From positions 1 to 64,000 of the forward strand of contig JBDLIE010000006.1 in NCBI GenBank assembly GCA_039715015.1: DNA of 64,000 nucleotides. Direction: 5' to 3'. The notes under the pieces are model-generated. The model did not search any database, was not told where the DNA came from, and worked only from the letters and a program-made list of their open reading frames with translations. The position numbers and the translations under genes were made by a program. Origin of the DNA: Thermodesulfobacteriota bacterium. Lineage in GTDB: Bacteria; Desulfobacterota; Desulfobulbia; Desulfobulbales; SURF-16. Shown here one piece after another: positions 49,562 to 59,073 of the stretch (position 1 is its first letter; every line of letters starts with the position of its first letter).

Positions 49562-50251
49562 ATGCCAGTTTCATATGAATATCCCCACCCAGCCGTGACT
49601 GTTGACTGTGTGGTTTTTGGTCTGGATGAGGAGGACCTGAAAGTCCTGCTGATCAAACGCAACCTCGACCCCTTTCAAGGTAGGTGGGCTCTGCCCGGCG
49701 GTTTTGTCCGCCTTGAGGAAAACCTTGAGGAAGCCGCCCGTCGCGAACTGTTTGAAGAGGCCGGTCTCTCGAATATCTTTCTTGAGCAGCTCTACACCTT
49801 TGGCGAGGTGGGCCGCGACCCCAGGGAGCGCGTCATTACGGTGACCTATTATGCCCTGGTCAACATTAGTGACCATAGGGTGCGGGCCGCCACAGACGCC
49901 AAAGATGTCGCCTGGTTTTCGGTTACCGACATACCGGGCCTGGCCTTTGATCACGACCAGATTCTGGATACGGCCCTGACCCGGCTCAAGGGCAAGGTGC
50001 GCTATCAGCCCATCGGTTTTGAACTCTTGCCGCCCAAGTTTACACTCACCCAGCTCCAAAAACTGTACGAGACCATTCTCGAGCGTTCACTTGATAAACG
50101 GAACTTTCGCAAAAAGATCCTCAAAATGAAAATTCTCGTCGAACTTGATGAAATCCAACAGGATGTGGCCCATCGGGCGGCGCGACTATACAGCTTTAAC
50201 AAGCAGAAGTATGAAAAGCTTGTCCGGGATGGCTTCAATTTTGAGATTTAG
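49562..50251 (+). CDS. nrtR: NrtR family Nudix-related transcriptional regulator
   Basis: [16 protein letters not shown]...[12 protein letters not shown] Nudix box, RDPR, LAFDH; w[19 protein letters not shown]. Confidence 0.93.
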   Translation: MPVSYEYPHPAVTVDCVVFGLDEEDLKVLLIKRNLDPFQGRWALPGGFVRLEENLEEAARRELFEEAGLSNIFLEQLYTFGEVGRDPRERVITVTYYALVNISDHRVRAATDAKDVAWFSVTDIPGLAFDHDQILDTALTRLKGKVRYQPIGFELLPPKFTLTQLQKLYETILERSLDKRNFRKKILKMKILVELDEIQQDVAHRAARLYSFNKQKYEKLVRDGFNFEI

Positions 50252-50290
50252 AAACCACCCCATGAACTCCCTGAGATAAGGAGGTGTACC

Positions 50291-51325
50291 ATGTTTGGAA
50301 TCAACTACATTAAAGCCCAGCCAACAACCTATCTGATGCAGTACAGCAATGGCACCATAAAGCGTCAGGGCGCCGGACTTTCGTTCTGTTATTTTGCCCC
50401 CACCACCTCCCTGGTGGCGGTGCCCCTGGAGAGCAATGAAATCCCCTTTATCTTTGCGGAAAGCACCGCTGACCACCAGGAAATTACGGTGCAGGGATAT
50501 GTGACCTACCGCATTGCCGAGCCGGAAAAAATAGCGGCCCTCCTGAACTTCAGCCTGTCTCCGAACGGCAGGAGATATCTGGCAGAGGATGCGGAAAAAT
50601 TGCCGCAACGGATCCTGCAGGTTATCCAGGTGCAGGTGCGGGGCGAAGTCCAAAAGCGGTTACTCCGGCAGGCCCTTGTTTCTTCAGATGAAGTTGGCGA
50701 CCAGGTTTTTGAGGCTGTGTGCACTGCCCCTGAAATAATCCGCCTCGGCCTGGAAATCCTTGGGGTCTCTATCCTTGCCGTCAAACCCGCACCCGAAACC
50801 GCCCGGGCCCTTGAAGCGGAAGCCAGGGAGCAGCTGTTGCTTGAGGCGGATGAGGCGATCTATAGCCGCCGCAAGGCTGCCGTTGAGCAGGAACGGGCCG
50901 TGAAGGAAAGCGAGCTTAACACCGAAATCGCGGTGGAAAAGAAAAAGCGGCAGGTCAAGGAAGAAAAAATGGCAGCGGAAAAATCCGTACAGCGCATGCG
51001 TTCACAGATCATGGACCAGAAGCTGGAGGCGGATATTGACCTGGAAGAAAAAAGAAAGGCGCTGGTGGAACGGGCTGGGGACAACGCCAAAACAGAGGCC
51101 GATGCCAAGGAATATGCCCTGGCTGCCGTTGTCAAGCCTCTGGCCAAGCTCGACACCAAAACACTGCAGTCCCTGGCCAGCGTCGGCATGAACCCGAGCC
51201 AGCTCATTGCTCAATCTTTCCAGAGCATGGCGGAAAATGCCGACAAGATAGGCCAGCTCAATGTATCTCCGGACCTGCTCCGGGAACTCATGGAGGACCG
51301 TAGCCAATATGGCGCCAACAACTGA
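50291..51325 (+). CDS. SPFH/Band 7 domain protein (NrtX-like)
   Basis: G.SF.YFAP, T.D.QEITVQG.VTYRI..P; long EA/EQ-rich coiled coil. Confidence 0.85.
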   Translation: MFGINYIKAQPTTYLMQYSNGTIKRQGAGLSFCYFAPTTSLVAVPLESNEIPFIFAESTADHQEITVQGYVTYRIAEPEKIAALLNFSLSPNGRRYLAEDAEKLPQRILQVIQVQVRGEVQKRLLRQALVSSDEVGDQVFEAVCTAPEIIRLGLEILGVSILAVKPAPETARALEAEAREQLLLEADEAIYSRRKAAVEQERAVKESELNTEIAVEKKKRQVKEEKMAAEKSVQRMRSQIMDQKLEADIDLEEKRKALVERAGDNAKTEADAKEYALAAVVKPLAKLDTKTLQSLASVGMNPSQLIAQSFQSMAENADKIGQLNVSPDLLRELMEDRSQYGANN

Positions 51326-52247
51326 CAATAAAATCATTCTCATTACCCGGAAGACCCGGCTGGATGAGCTGATTGCCCGGTTCAACACCCTGGAGCAGGC
51401 CAGATTTTACATTGAACACTCAGGCGCTGACTTTGACGATTACCTGAATGAACATGAGCAGTATGCTCTGGCAGTGCGGACCGCAACCGCCCACCTGAAA
51501 ACCTGGGGCCAAGTCCAGGCCCTGGACCGCTATTTTCTCCCCAACTTCGTCTTTGGCCCCAGGGACATGGTTATTGTCCTGGGCCAGGACGGGCTGGTGG
51601 CCAACACCATGAAGTATCTTGACGGCCAGCCGGTCATCGGCGTCAATCCCGAGCCGGGCCGCTGGGACGGCATCCTGCTTCCCTTTACAGTTGAAGATCT
51701 GGCCATGATTGTCCCGGAAGCTTTGACAAGGAAAAGGGCCATCCAGGAAGTCAGCATGGCCAAGGCAACGTTGAACGACGGCCAGGTGCTCTACGGGGTG
51801 AATGACCTGTTCATCGGGCCCCGCTCCCATACCTCGATCCGCTATACCATCCAGGTCGGCAAAGTGCGAGAGAATCACTCGTCAAGCGGGATCATCGTCT
51901 CCACCGGACTGGGCTCCACCGGTTGGCTGAAAAGCCTGGTCACCGGTGCCCAAGGCATTGTTCAGGCCCTGGCGGGCAAGGAGATCCAGATGCAGAATCC
52001 CACCGGCTTTGCCTGGGAAGCTGACTCTCTCTACTTTACCGTCCGTGAGCCGTTCCCAAGCCGGACCAGTACGACAGACCTGGTATTCGGCCAGATAACC
52101 GGACAAAACACCTTACTGCTTGAATCCAAAATGCCCGAGGATGGGGTCATCTTCAGCGATGGCATTGAAAGTGATTTTGTCGCCTTTAACTCCGGCAGCC
52201 AAGCCGTTATCGGCCTTGCCGAGAAAAAAGGGGTCATGGTGGTCTGA
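51309..52247 (+). CDS. NAD kinase-like protein (NrtY-like)
   Basis: VLGQDG (variant of GGDG), PVIGVN, VND, SSGIIVSTGLGSTGW; overlaps the end of the SPFH gene. Confidence 0.8.
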   Translation: MAPTTDNKIILITRKTRLDELIARFNTLEQARFYIEHSGADFDDYLNEHEQYALAVRTATAHLKTWGQVQALDRYFLPNFVFGPRDMVIVLGQDGLVANTMKYLDGQPVIGVNPEPGRWDGILLPFTVEDLAMIVPEALTRKRAIQEVSMAKATLNDGQVLYGVNDLFIGPRSHTSIRYTIQVGKVRENHSSSGIIVSTGLGSTGWLKSLVTGAQGIVQALAGKEIQMQNPTGFAWEADSLYFTVREPFPSRTSTTDLVFGQITGQNTLLLESKMPEDGVIFSDGIESDFVAFNSGSQAVIGLAEKKGVMVV

Positions 52248-52285
52248 TTTTTCGAGCAGCTGCGTACTAAGCGAGGCGTATCACT

Positions 52286-53356
52286 ATGGACAGAAGAAAA
52301 AGAAATCAACAGAACATTTCTGGCTGCATTTTAGGAACCGCGGTGGGCGATGCCCTGGGCCTGCCATACGAAGGCTTGAGCAGGCGACGGGGGCGCAAGC
52401 TCTTCCCTGACCCCGGCAGACATCATCTGCTTTTGGGGCGGGGCATGGTGTCGGATGACACCGAGCACACCTGTTTCGTGGCCCTGGCGTTGATAGCATC
52501 AAAGGGAGAGCCAAAAAAATTCCAAAACAACCTGGCCCGGTCATTGCGCTGGTGGCTGCTGGGGTTGCCCGCCGGGGTCGGCTTTGCCACCCTGCGGGCC
52601 ATCCTGAAACTGTGGCTTGGCGCTTCACCGGCAAAGAGCGGCGTGTTTTCTGCCGGTAACGGCCCGGCCATGCGCAGCCCCATCTTGGGGCTGGTGTTTG
52701 GCCGCGACCCTGAAAAACTGCGGGAAATGGTAAAAATCTCCACCCGCATCACCCATACCGACCCCAAGGCCTTTTACGGCGCCTATGCAGCGGCCCTGGC
52801 TGCCCATTACAGTGCATCTGAAACAACAATCCCCCCTGATATTTTTTACTCCAAGGTCCAGGAAGCCCTCAAAGACGAAGCGGCTGATGAATTTGTCGAC
52901 CTGCTGCAACAGGCCGTGGAGTCGGCCAAGCGTGGGGAAAGCACGGCCCATTTTTCGGCATCCATTGGCGGCGCAACAGGCATTTCCGGCTATATTTATC
53001 ACACCGTGCCCAGCGTCATCCAGACCTGGCTCCGCCATCAAAATAATTTTGGCGGCGCTATCGAAGAAATGATCCTGGCCGGCGGCGACAGCGACACCAC
53101 GGCGGCAATCCTGGGCGGCATTTCGGGTGCGCGGGGGATCCAGCATATCCCAGCCGCCTGGATTAACGGCATCATCGACTGGCCCCGCAGCACACAGTGG
53201 ATGGCAAAGGTCGGGGATGCGCTTTTTCAGACAATGGAGAACAGGCGGGAGATGCAGCCGCCAGGCTATTTTCTACCCGGCCTGTTATTAAGAAATATTT
53301 TTTTTCTCATCGTTGTATTACTGCACGGTCTTCGTCGTTTAGCCCCACCCTACTGA
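52286..53356 (+). CDS. ADP-ribosylglycohydrolase (DraG/ARH family)
   Basis: GTAVGDALG, SDDTE, GNGPAMR, ITH, GGDSDT. Confidence 0.93.
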   Translation: MDRRKRNQQNISGCILGTAVGDALGLPYEGLSRRRGRKLFPDPGRHHLLLGRGMVSDDTEHTCFVALALIASKGEPKKFQNNLARSLRWWLLGLPAGVGFATLRAILKLWLGASPAKSGVFSAGNGPAMRSPILGLVFGRDPEKLREMVKISTRITHTDPKAFYGAYAAALAAHYSASETTIPPDIFYSKVQEALKDEAADEFVDLLQQAVESAKRGESTAHFSASIGGATGISGYIYHTVPSVIQTWLRHQNNFGGAIEEMILAGGDSDTTAAILGGISGARGIQHIPAAWINGIIDWPRSTQWMAKVGDALFQTMENRREMQPPGYFLPGLLLRNIFFLIVVLLHGLRRLAPPY

Positions 53357-53530
53357 CAAGGCTTTGCAAGAGGCAGCCTCAAGGCAGGCCTCTGTGCAGT
53401 ATTGGCCTGATCCACCGGCAACAGGCGCGCAGAACGATCTACCCTTTTGATGAGCTTGCAGAAAGGCAAAGCTTTTTGAAAACAAAGTCCGGAGTTGGCA
53501 TTTAATAAGTATCGACAGGCCGCCAGCCAC

Positions 53531-54862
53531 CTACTCTTTCTTGATCTGGTGCTTGCCCATCTTATAGCGCAGCACCCGCTCGCTGATACCAAGGGCCTCG
53601 GCGGCCCTGGTCTGCACCCAGTCATGCTGGCCCAAGGCATCAACAATCATCTGCCGTTCAACCTCCATCAACCGTGAACCAAGATCGCCTTCGCCTGTGG
53701 TCTGATTCATCCGAATTTCTCTAGGCAGATCAGCTGGCATAATCTTTGTTGACCGGGCCAGGGCAACGAGCCGCTGGATGAGATGCTCTAGCTCTCTGAT
53801 ATTGCCGGGAAAAGGATATTTGACCAATATGTCAAGGGCTTGGCGGCTGACAGTCACGGGCTGAAAGCTGTATTTTTCAAGGAAGAAATCAACCAGGGCA
53901 GGGATGTCCTCCTTACGGCGCCGCAAAGGAGGAACCTCAAGCTCAAGGACGTTGAGGCGATAAAAAAGATCCTCCCTGAATTCTCCTTTTTCCACCATCA
54001 TTTTGAGATCCCGGTTGGTGGCGGCCACCACCCGGACGTCCACCTCAATATCCTGTTCGCTGCCCACCCTGCTGATTCTGTTTTCCTGAAGGGCGCGCAG
54101 CAGTTTGGCCTGCAGATTCAGGGGCAATTCGCCAACCTCATCGAGAAAAAGAGTACCGTTCTGGGCCAGTTCGAAACGGCCCTTACGCCTGCTGTCTGCT
54201 CCGGTGAAGGCCCCCTTTTCATGGCCGAAGAGTTCTGATTCAAAGAGATTTTCAGGCACTGCCGCACAGTTAAGCTCGACAAAGGGAGCAGACTGACGGG
54301 GGCTTAACGTGTGAAGAAGACGGCCGACAAGCTCCTTGCCGGTACCGGTTTCGCCGCGCACAAGAACCGTCCAAGGTGTTCGTGCCATACGGCGCACCAA
54401 GGATAAAAGCTCCTTCATGGCCGGGCTGTCGCCAATAACGTGCAGGGGCAAGGCTCCCTCCTCTAAAATTTCAGCGATCTCTCCGGCATCCTCCTCCACA
54501 GCAAGCTGAGAAGCAATGGCCTCGATCTTGTCGAGGAGAAGGCGCAGGTCCACCGGTTTTTCAAGGAAATCGTCGGCACCAAGACGCATGACCTTCACGG
54601 CCGTATCCACACTGGCATAGGCAGTGATCATAATGGCACGGACAAGGGGGTTCTTCTTTTTCAGCAGGGCAAGGAGCTCATCGCCACTCATGCCCCCCAT
54701 CTTCTGATCGAGCAAAGCAAGATCAATGGCTTCGTTATTGAAAATAGCAAGACCTTCTTCTCCGGAAGAGGCGGCAAGGACTTGGAACCCCTGTTTCTCA
54801 AGAAAACCTCGCAGCATATCGCGCTGCATCTCTTCATCATCAACAATCAGAATCTTCATCAT
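53531..54862 (-). CDS. sigma-54-dependent response regulator (NtrC/ZraR-like)
   Basis: REC (VDDE, LLDQKM, ITA, EKP); GETGTGKE, GAFTGA, FPGNIREL; HTH. Confidence 0.95.
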   Translation of the reverse strand: MMKILIVDDEEMQRDMLRGFLEKQGFQVLAASSGEEGLAIFNNEAIDLALLDQKMGGMSGDELLALLKKKNPLVRAIMITAYASVDTAVKVMRLGADDFLEKPVDLRLLLDKIEAIASQLAVEEDAGEIAEILEEGALPLHVIGDSPAMKELLSLVRRMARTPWTVLVRGETGTGKELVGRLLHTLSPRQSAPFVELNCAAVPENLFESELFGHEKGAFTGADSRRKGRFELAQNGTLFLDEVGELPLNLQAKLLRALQENRISRVGSEQDIEVDVRVVAATNRDLKMMVEKGEFREDLFYRLNVLELEVPPLRRRKEDIPALVDFFLEKYSFQPVTVSRQALDILVKYPFPGNIRELEHLIQRLVALARSTKIMPADLPREIRMNQTTGEGDLGSRLMEVERQMIVDALGQHDWVQTRAAEALGISERVLRYKMGKHQIKKE

Positions 54863-55069
54863 GACTCTCTAAAAATGGACTGCCGGACAATTTCCCAAAA
54901 TCATGGCGAAAGAGAAAAAATTGGTCAGGCATCACTTTCAATTTGAGTTTAAGGATTTATTTTAGCTATACTTTGAAAAGGAAAAAATACCCCTTCCGGC
55001 AAACAAAATAAGTGTGTTTCATCGCTCTTTTTAAAAAGTTTAGTCACAGACCTCCAGGAGAACAGTATT

Positions 55070-55861
55070 ATGGCGTATCACACCCTTAATTTTCAGGATG
55101 ACGCTGAAAATCTTATTCAGGACGCTGAACAACTTCTTCTTGCCCTTGAAAAAAAACCGGACGAACAAGATCTTATCTGTAATTGCGCAAACTCCTTGCG
55201 CACCATCCGGGGGGTCGCCAACCTTTTCAATCTCGACAACATTACCCGACTAGCGGCTCTGGCGGCCGGCGGATTTGACGTCACCTGCAAACTAAAAGAG
55301 GAAGCAGACCCTGCCCTCATTTCCTCTACCATTGAACTCCTTGGCAATCTGCGCCAAAGCGGGCCGCACGACCTTGATGCCCGGGCCACCCATAATCTTA
55401 CCGCCACCCTGGCACCCTTTGCCACCAAAACCATCCGGAGCCTCATGCCTGACCGTAACCCGGCAGACACAAAAATATTAATTGTGGATGATGAGGTGGT
55501 AAACCGCGTCTTACTTGAAGAATTCATCAGAACCTTCAACAAAGATATTCAGGTCATTTCAGTGGATTCTGCCTCCGAGGCAATTTACTATTATCTCACG
55601 GAGAAATTTGACCTCGTCTTCCTCGACATCATGATGCCCGATGTCGACGGCAACCATTTCATTTCAATTGTCGAAAAAAACAGGGCCGCCCATAATATTG
55701 CCGGTGAGCCCAATATCATTGTCCAGACTGCAGTGCAATCACTGGAAGAACTTCTCAACATTGTCCAAAAAAATAGTGTTTTAGAAGTCATCCGCAAGCC
55801 CATCCCCAGGGAGCGTATCTGCACCTGTATTGAACGCTATTGTCCAGCATTCCGCCCATAG
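55070..55861 (+). CDS. response regulator with an N-terminal Hpt-like domain
   Basis: N-terminus resembles CheA P1 (F..DA..L....EQ.LL.LE); REC with VDDE, FLDIMMP, QTA, RKP; AGGAG SD. Confidence 0.82.
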   Translation: MAYHTLNFQDDAENLIQDAEQLLLALEKKPDEQDLICNCANSLRTIRGVANLFNLDNITRLAALAAGGFDVTCKLKEEADPALISSTIELLGNLRQSGPHDLDARATHNLTATLAPFATKTIRSLMPDRNPADTKILIVDDEVVNRVLLEEFIRTFNKDIQVISVDSASEAIYYYLTEKFDLVFLDIMMPDVDGNHFISIVEKNRAAHNIAGEPNIIVQTAVQSLEELLNIVQKNSVLEVIRKPIPRERICTCIERYCPAFRP

Positions 55862-55927
55862 GCGGCGAAACAAGCAACAGATTGCCAAACCACGGCAGGC
55901 ACTCTTCCTTTGCCATCTCAGTTTTTT

Positions 55928-57433
55928 TCACATCTCCGCTATGGCGGGAAGCCAAACGCTGACCCGGAGTACTCCCTTTTCGATTTCCTCAAAGTCTAAG
56001 CTGCCGTTATGGGCCTCAACAATCTTGGCGCAAACGGCCAGGCCCAGGCCGCTGCCCCGTGTCTTGCCGGTAAAATAGGGTTCAGCAAGCCTGTCAATTT
56101 CAGCCGCCTTTACAAAACCGCTATTTTCAAAAAGGACCAGCGGCCCCTGATCCAGCTTACTACTCAGCACCCTTAACCAACCGCCTGCAGGCTGGGCCTC
56201 AATGGCGTTCTTAATGATGTTATCAAAGAGCTGGGCAAGAAGATCAGCATCAGCGAGCACCTCCCCGCCAAATCCCGGTGAGAAATCGACCTCAATGTTT
56301 TCATGGGTACACTGGGGCTGACGCAGAAGAAGCTGCTGGGCCAGCACTTTATCAATCTCAACAGGCGCATAACTGGGCACAAGGGGCCGGGAATAGCGCA
56401 GCAGTCCTTCGACAATGGTGTTGGTTCTTTTCATTGCCGTCCCCATGGCCCCCAGCAAGTCCCTATGCTCATCACCAAGTTCTGCCTCCAGATCTATTCT
56501 TTGTAGACCAAGACCGATGGCGTTCAAGGGGTTCCTCACCTCGTGGGCAATGGTGGCGGCAGCCCTGCCCAGGGCCGCATCCTCCTGTTCTCGGGCAAGC
56601 GCCCTTTCAAATCGCATGATCTCGGCGATGTGCTGCTGCTGCAAACGATAGACAATAAAGGTGAGAAGGAGACCAAATCCGGCAAAAAAAGCGGCATAGA
56701 GAATAAAATTCTGCCAAATTCTCCGCACCCGCTCTCGATAGCGGCCAGTATCGAAACCAAGGACCACCTCATGGCCTTGAAGCTGGAGATATTCAACTGC
56801 TACCTCCTGGCCTAAAGTGCTGTAATCGCGACGAGGATCTACAACCTCAAGAAAGGCTATCCCAGGTGAAGAGGACAGAAAGGAGAGGATGGATGTCAGG
56901 GAGAACTGTTGGTGCAACCTTTGCAGCTTATTGTCAGGGTAGCCAATGAGTACACAGCCCCCTTGCGGTCTAGGCCATGAGAGGAGAAAGATAGCCGGCT
57001 TCTTAGTCAACAAATCATCACCACCGGCACAAACCTGGTCGGCTGGCAGCCAGCTGTCTGGCCCACTGACCCTTCTTTGTGACGGCTCAACAATGGCGAC
57101 CCCTGCCAAACCATTTTCATCTGCAAAACTGGCAAGCTCCTGTTTCTGAAAGGGTTCCACTTCGTTGAGAAAGTTGAGAAAGCGGGCAGTATTGCCTAGA
57201 AAAAGAAAAATAGTATCGTTAAGGGCATCTTCGGCCAGGGAGCTTAGCTCTGTCTGGCGGTTCACGGCATTAAGCACCATTTGCCGATTATCCCGGAGAT
57301 GGCTTTTAAGGGTCTGACGCAGATAATAAACCTGGCCCAGGGAGTAGAGGAGTACAACCACTGTTACCAGGCAGAAGACCAGAAGATTTAACTTCCAGGC
57401 CCACCCTTTCCGGGCCGGCTTTTTCTTACTCAT
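55928..57433 (-). CDS. membrane sensor histidine kinase
   Basis: Two TM helices; AHEVRNPL H-box, NIIKNAIEA, PYFTGK..GSGLGL. Confidence 0.93.
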   Translation of the reverse strand: MSKKKPARKGWAWKLNLLVFCLVTVVVLLYSLGQVYYLRQTLKSHLRDNRQMVLNAVNRQTELSSLAEDALNDTIFLFLGNTARFLNFLNEVEPFQKQELASFADENGLAGVAIVEPSQRRVSGPDSWLPADQVCAGGDDLLTKKPAIFLLSWPRPQGGCVLIGYPDNKLQRLHQQFSLTSILSFLSSSPGIAFLEVVDPRRDYSTLGQEVAVEYLQLQGHEVVLGFDTGRYRERVRRIWQNFILYAAFFAGFGLLLTFIVYRLQQQHIAEIMRFERALAREQEDAALGRAAATIAHEVRNPLNAIGLGLQRIDLEAELGDEHRDLLGAMGTAMKRTNTIVEGLLRYSRPLVPSYAPVEIDKVLAQQLLLRQPQCTHENIEVDFSPGFGGEVLADADLLAQLFDNIIKNAIEAQPAGGWLRVLSSKLDQGPLVLFENSGFVKAAEIDRLAEPYFTGKTRGSGLGLAVCAKIVEAHNGSLDFEEIEKGVLRVSVWLPAIAEM

Positions 57434-57857
57434 GCATCTCTCCACCCCTATGGCGCATCATTTTACGACGGTGATGCTGAAAGCGGGAGCGCACTCCGGT
57501 GGGGTCATGACCACCACCTCCACGGCAGGGAAAGACATCTTCAGCCACAAAGAGGTCTCTGCTCTGGGGGGCAAATTCGCCCCGGGCATAGATCTCTGCC
57601 CCATCAGCAAGGCACCGGGGGAACCAGGCTGCCTTGACAATGATGTTCTTTTGTTTTCCGTCTTGTTCGCTGTTTTCCAGATCAAGGGAGTCATTGTCGC
57701 CGGCATGCCGGCAATGTCCCTCTTTGGAAAGGCTAATTTCAATCTCTCCCTTATCATGATCAATACGCACCACCCTGCCCTGCAGATATTCGGCCATGAC
57801 TGGCGACACCGGAGCAAGGAGGAGAAGGCAGAGTATGATGAAAGGAAGTGGTCTCAT
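57426..57857 (-). CDS. secreted hypothetical protein (possible OB-fold)
   Basis: Signal peptide; G.VV.ID; HDPTGVRSR and a His/Met-rich tail. Confidence 0.7.
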   Translation of the reverse strand: MRPLPFIILCLLLLAPVSPVMAEYLQGRVVRIDHDKGEIEISLSKEGHCRHAGDNDSLDLENSEQDGKQKNIIVKAAWFPRCLADGAEIYARGEFAPQSRDLFVAEDVFPCRGGGGHDPTGVRSRFQHHRRKMMRHRGGEMHE

Positions 57858-57868
57858 GGTTTTTAATG

Positions 57869-57910
57869 TAGCCAAGAGGACAGAGGCTCAAGCCTCGGTC
57901 CTCTTGGCTA
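57869..57910 (-). other. intercistronic hairpin
   Basis: TAGCCAAGAGGAC-AGAGGCT-CA-AGCCTCG-GTCCTCTTGGCTA. Confidence 0.75.
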
Positions 57911-57934
57911 ATGAAGAAAAGAGAAGAATGTTTT

Positions 57935-58297
57935 TTACAACTTGGCTGGCTCGCCACCCTTGCCGCTATCTGGGTGGAAATCACAGATACCGTCACCATC
58001 CTTGTCGACAAAGCCACCCCGTCCTTGACCCGGGCCATGACCTCTGTGATGCTGCCCCTTGCCCTGACCAGGACCATTGCAGTTACGAAAATGGCCCCGC
58101 CAGTGGTGGCCGCGTCCCTGGCCAGGGCCGTAACAAGGTGCGTTGTTATTAGCATCCTGTTCCATCATCTGCCCCCCGGTTGTTCCAGGTGCCGGACCAG
58201 TACCGTCACCGCCGGCAGCACCGGCGATGGGCATGCTCAAAAGAGCGACAAGGGCAAAGCCAGCTGTACCTGCAGCGATTTTAGATAAAGTGTTCAT
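57935..58297 (-). CDS. secreted Gly/His-rich low-complexity protein with a DKDGDG loop
   Basis: AGGAGG SD; signal peptide; three GPGQG(R/K)G repeats; FVDKDGDGICD. Confidence 0.82.
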   Translation of the reverse strand: MNTLSKIAAGTAGFALVALLSMPIAGAAGGDGTGPAPGTTGGQMMEQDANNNAPCYGPGQGRGHHWRGHFRNCNGPGQGKGQHHRGHGPGQGRGGFVDKDGDGICDFHPDSGKGGEPAKL

Positions 58298-58394
58298 GGT
58301 GATCCTCCTTAAGTAAGAAATGATAAACTATGTCCCCTTCTTTTTCCAGAGAAGCCTGGAGGAGAAGGATCCGTTGTTGTTATCACTCTCTTAT

Positions 58395-58410
58395 TGCAGC
58401 AGGTATGCCA
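58395..58410 (-). promoter_or_regulatory. sigma-54 promoter
   Basis: TGGCATACCTGCTGCA (GG-N10-GC) upstream of 58297. Confidence 0.72.
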
Positions 58411-58531
58411 TTGAAGGATTTCCATATTTAATATTTTCCTAAAATTATCGTAACGTATTAATATAAATGGATTAAAAAACAGACATGCGACATGGCCACT
58501 TTTCAAAAAGCCCCTGTCAATGCTCTTAAAT

Positions 58532-58570
58532 TTCGACAATCCACAGCTCTCCTTCGACAATTTTGTCGAA
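58532..58570. promoter_or_regulatory. probable enhancer site for the NtrC-like regulator
   Basis: Palindrome TTCGACAA-TT-TTGTCGAA (58553-58570) plus a half-site TTCGACAAT (58532-58540). Confidence 0.6.
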
Positions 58571-58635
58571 ACCCTGCGCCTTGACATGGAAGCACCTTTT
58601 CTCTATAAAACAAGAACCTGCATCAAGGAGAGAGC

Positions 58636-59073
58636 ATGTCAGAAAATCCAGCCAATGTCCTTTTTCTCTGTACCGGAAACTCCTGCCGCAGCCAGATGGC
58701 TGAAGGGTGGGCTCGTTTTTTCTGGCCCGACCTTCTCAACGCCTTTTCGGCAGGGGTGGAAACCCACGGCATGAACCATCTGGCCGTTAAGGCCATGGCC
58801 GAGCGAGGGGTGGATATCAGCAGCCAGCAATCGAAGCTCCTCAGTGAGCTTGATGATATTTCTTTTGATCTGGTGATTACCGTCTGTGACCATGCTGCTG
58901 AGGCCTGTCCGCACTTTTCAGGCACTGCTAAGGTTATCCATCACCAGTTCCCTGACCCGCCCCGACTGGCCCAGGGCAAACCTGAACAAGAAAGCCTCGT
59001 CATTTATGGCGGGGTGTGTGATGAGATAAAGGAATTCATCATGCAGCTTCCTGAACTTCTCTCTTGCCGATAA
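58636..59073 (+). CDS. arsC: arsenate reductase (thioredoxin-dependent, LMW-PTP fold)
   Basis: CTGNSCRSQMAEG P-loop, TVCD....ACP resolving cysteines, DP. Confidence 0.85.
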   Translation: MSENPANVLFLCTGNSCRSQMAEGWARFFWPDLLNAFSAGVETHGMNHLAVKAMAERGVDISSQQSKLLSELDDISFDLVITVCDHAAEACPHFSGTAKVIHHQFPDPPRLAQGKPEQESLVIYGGVCDEIKEFIMQLPELLSCR

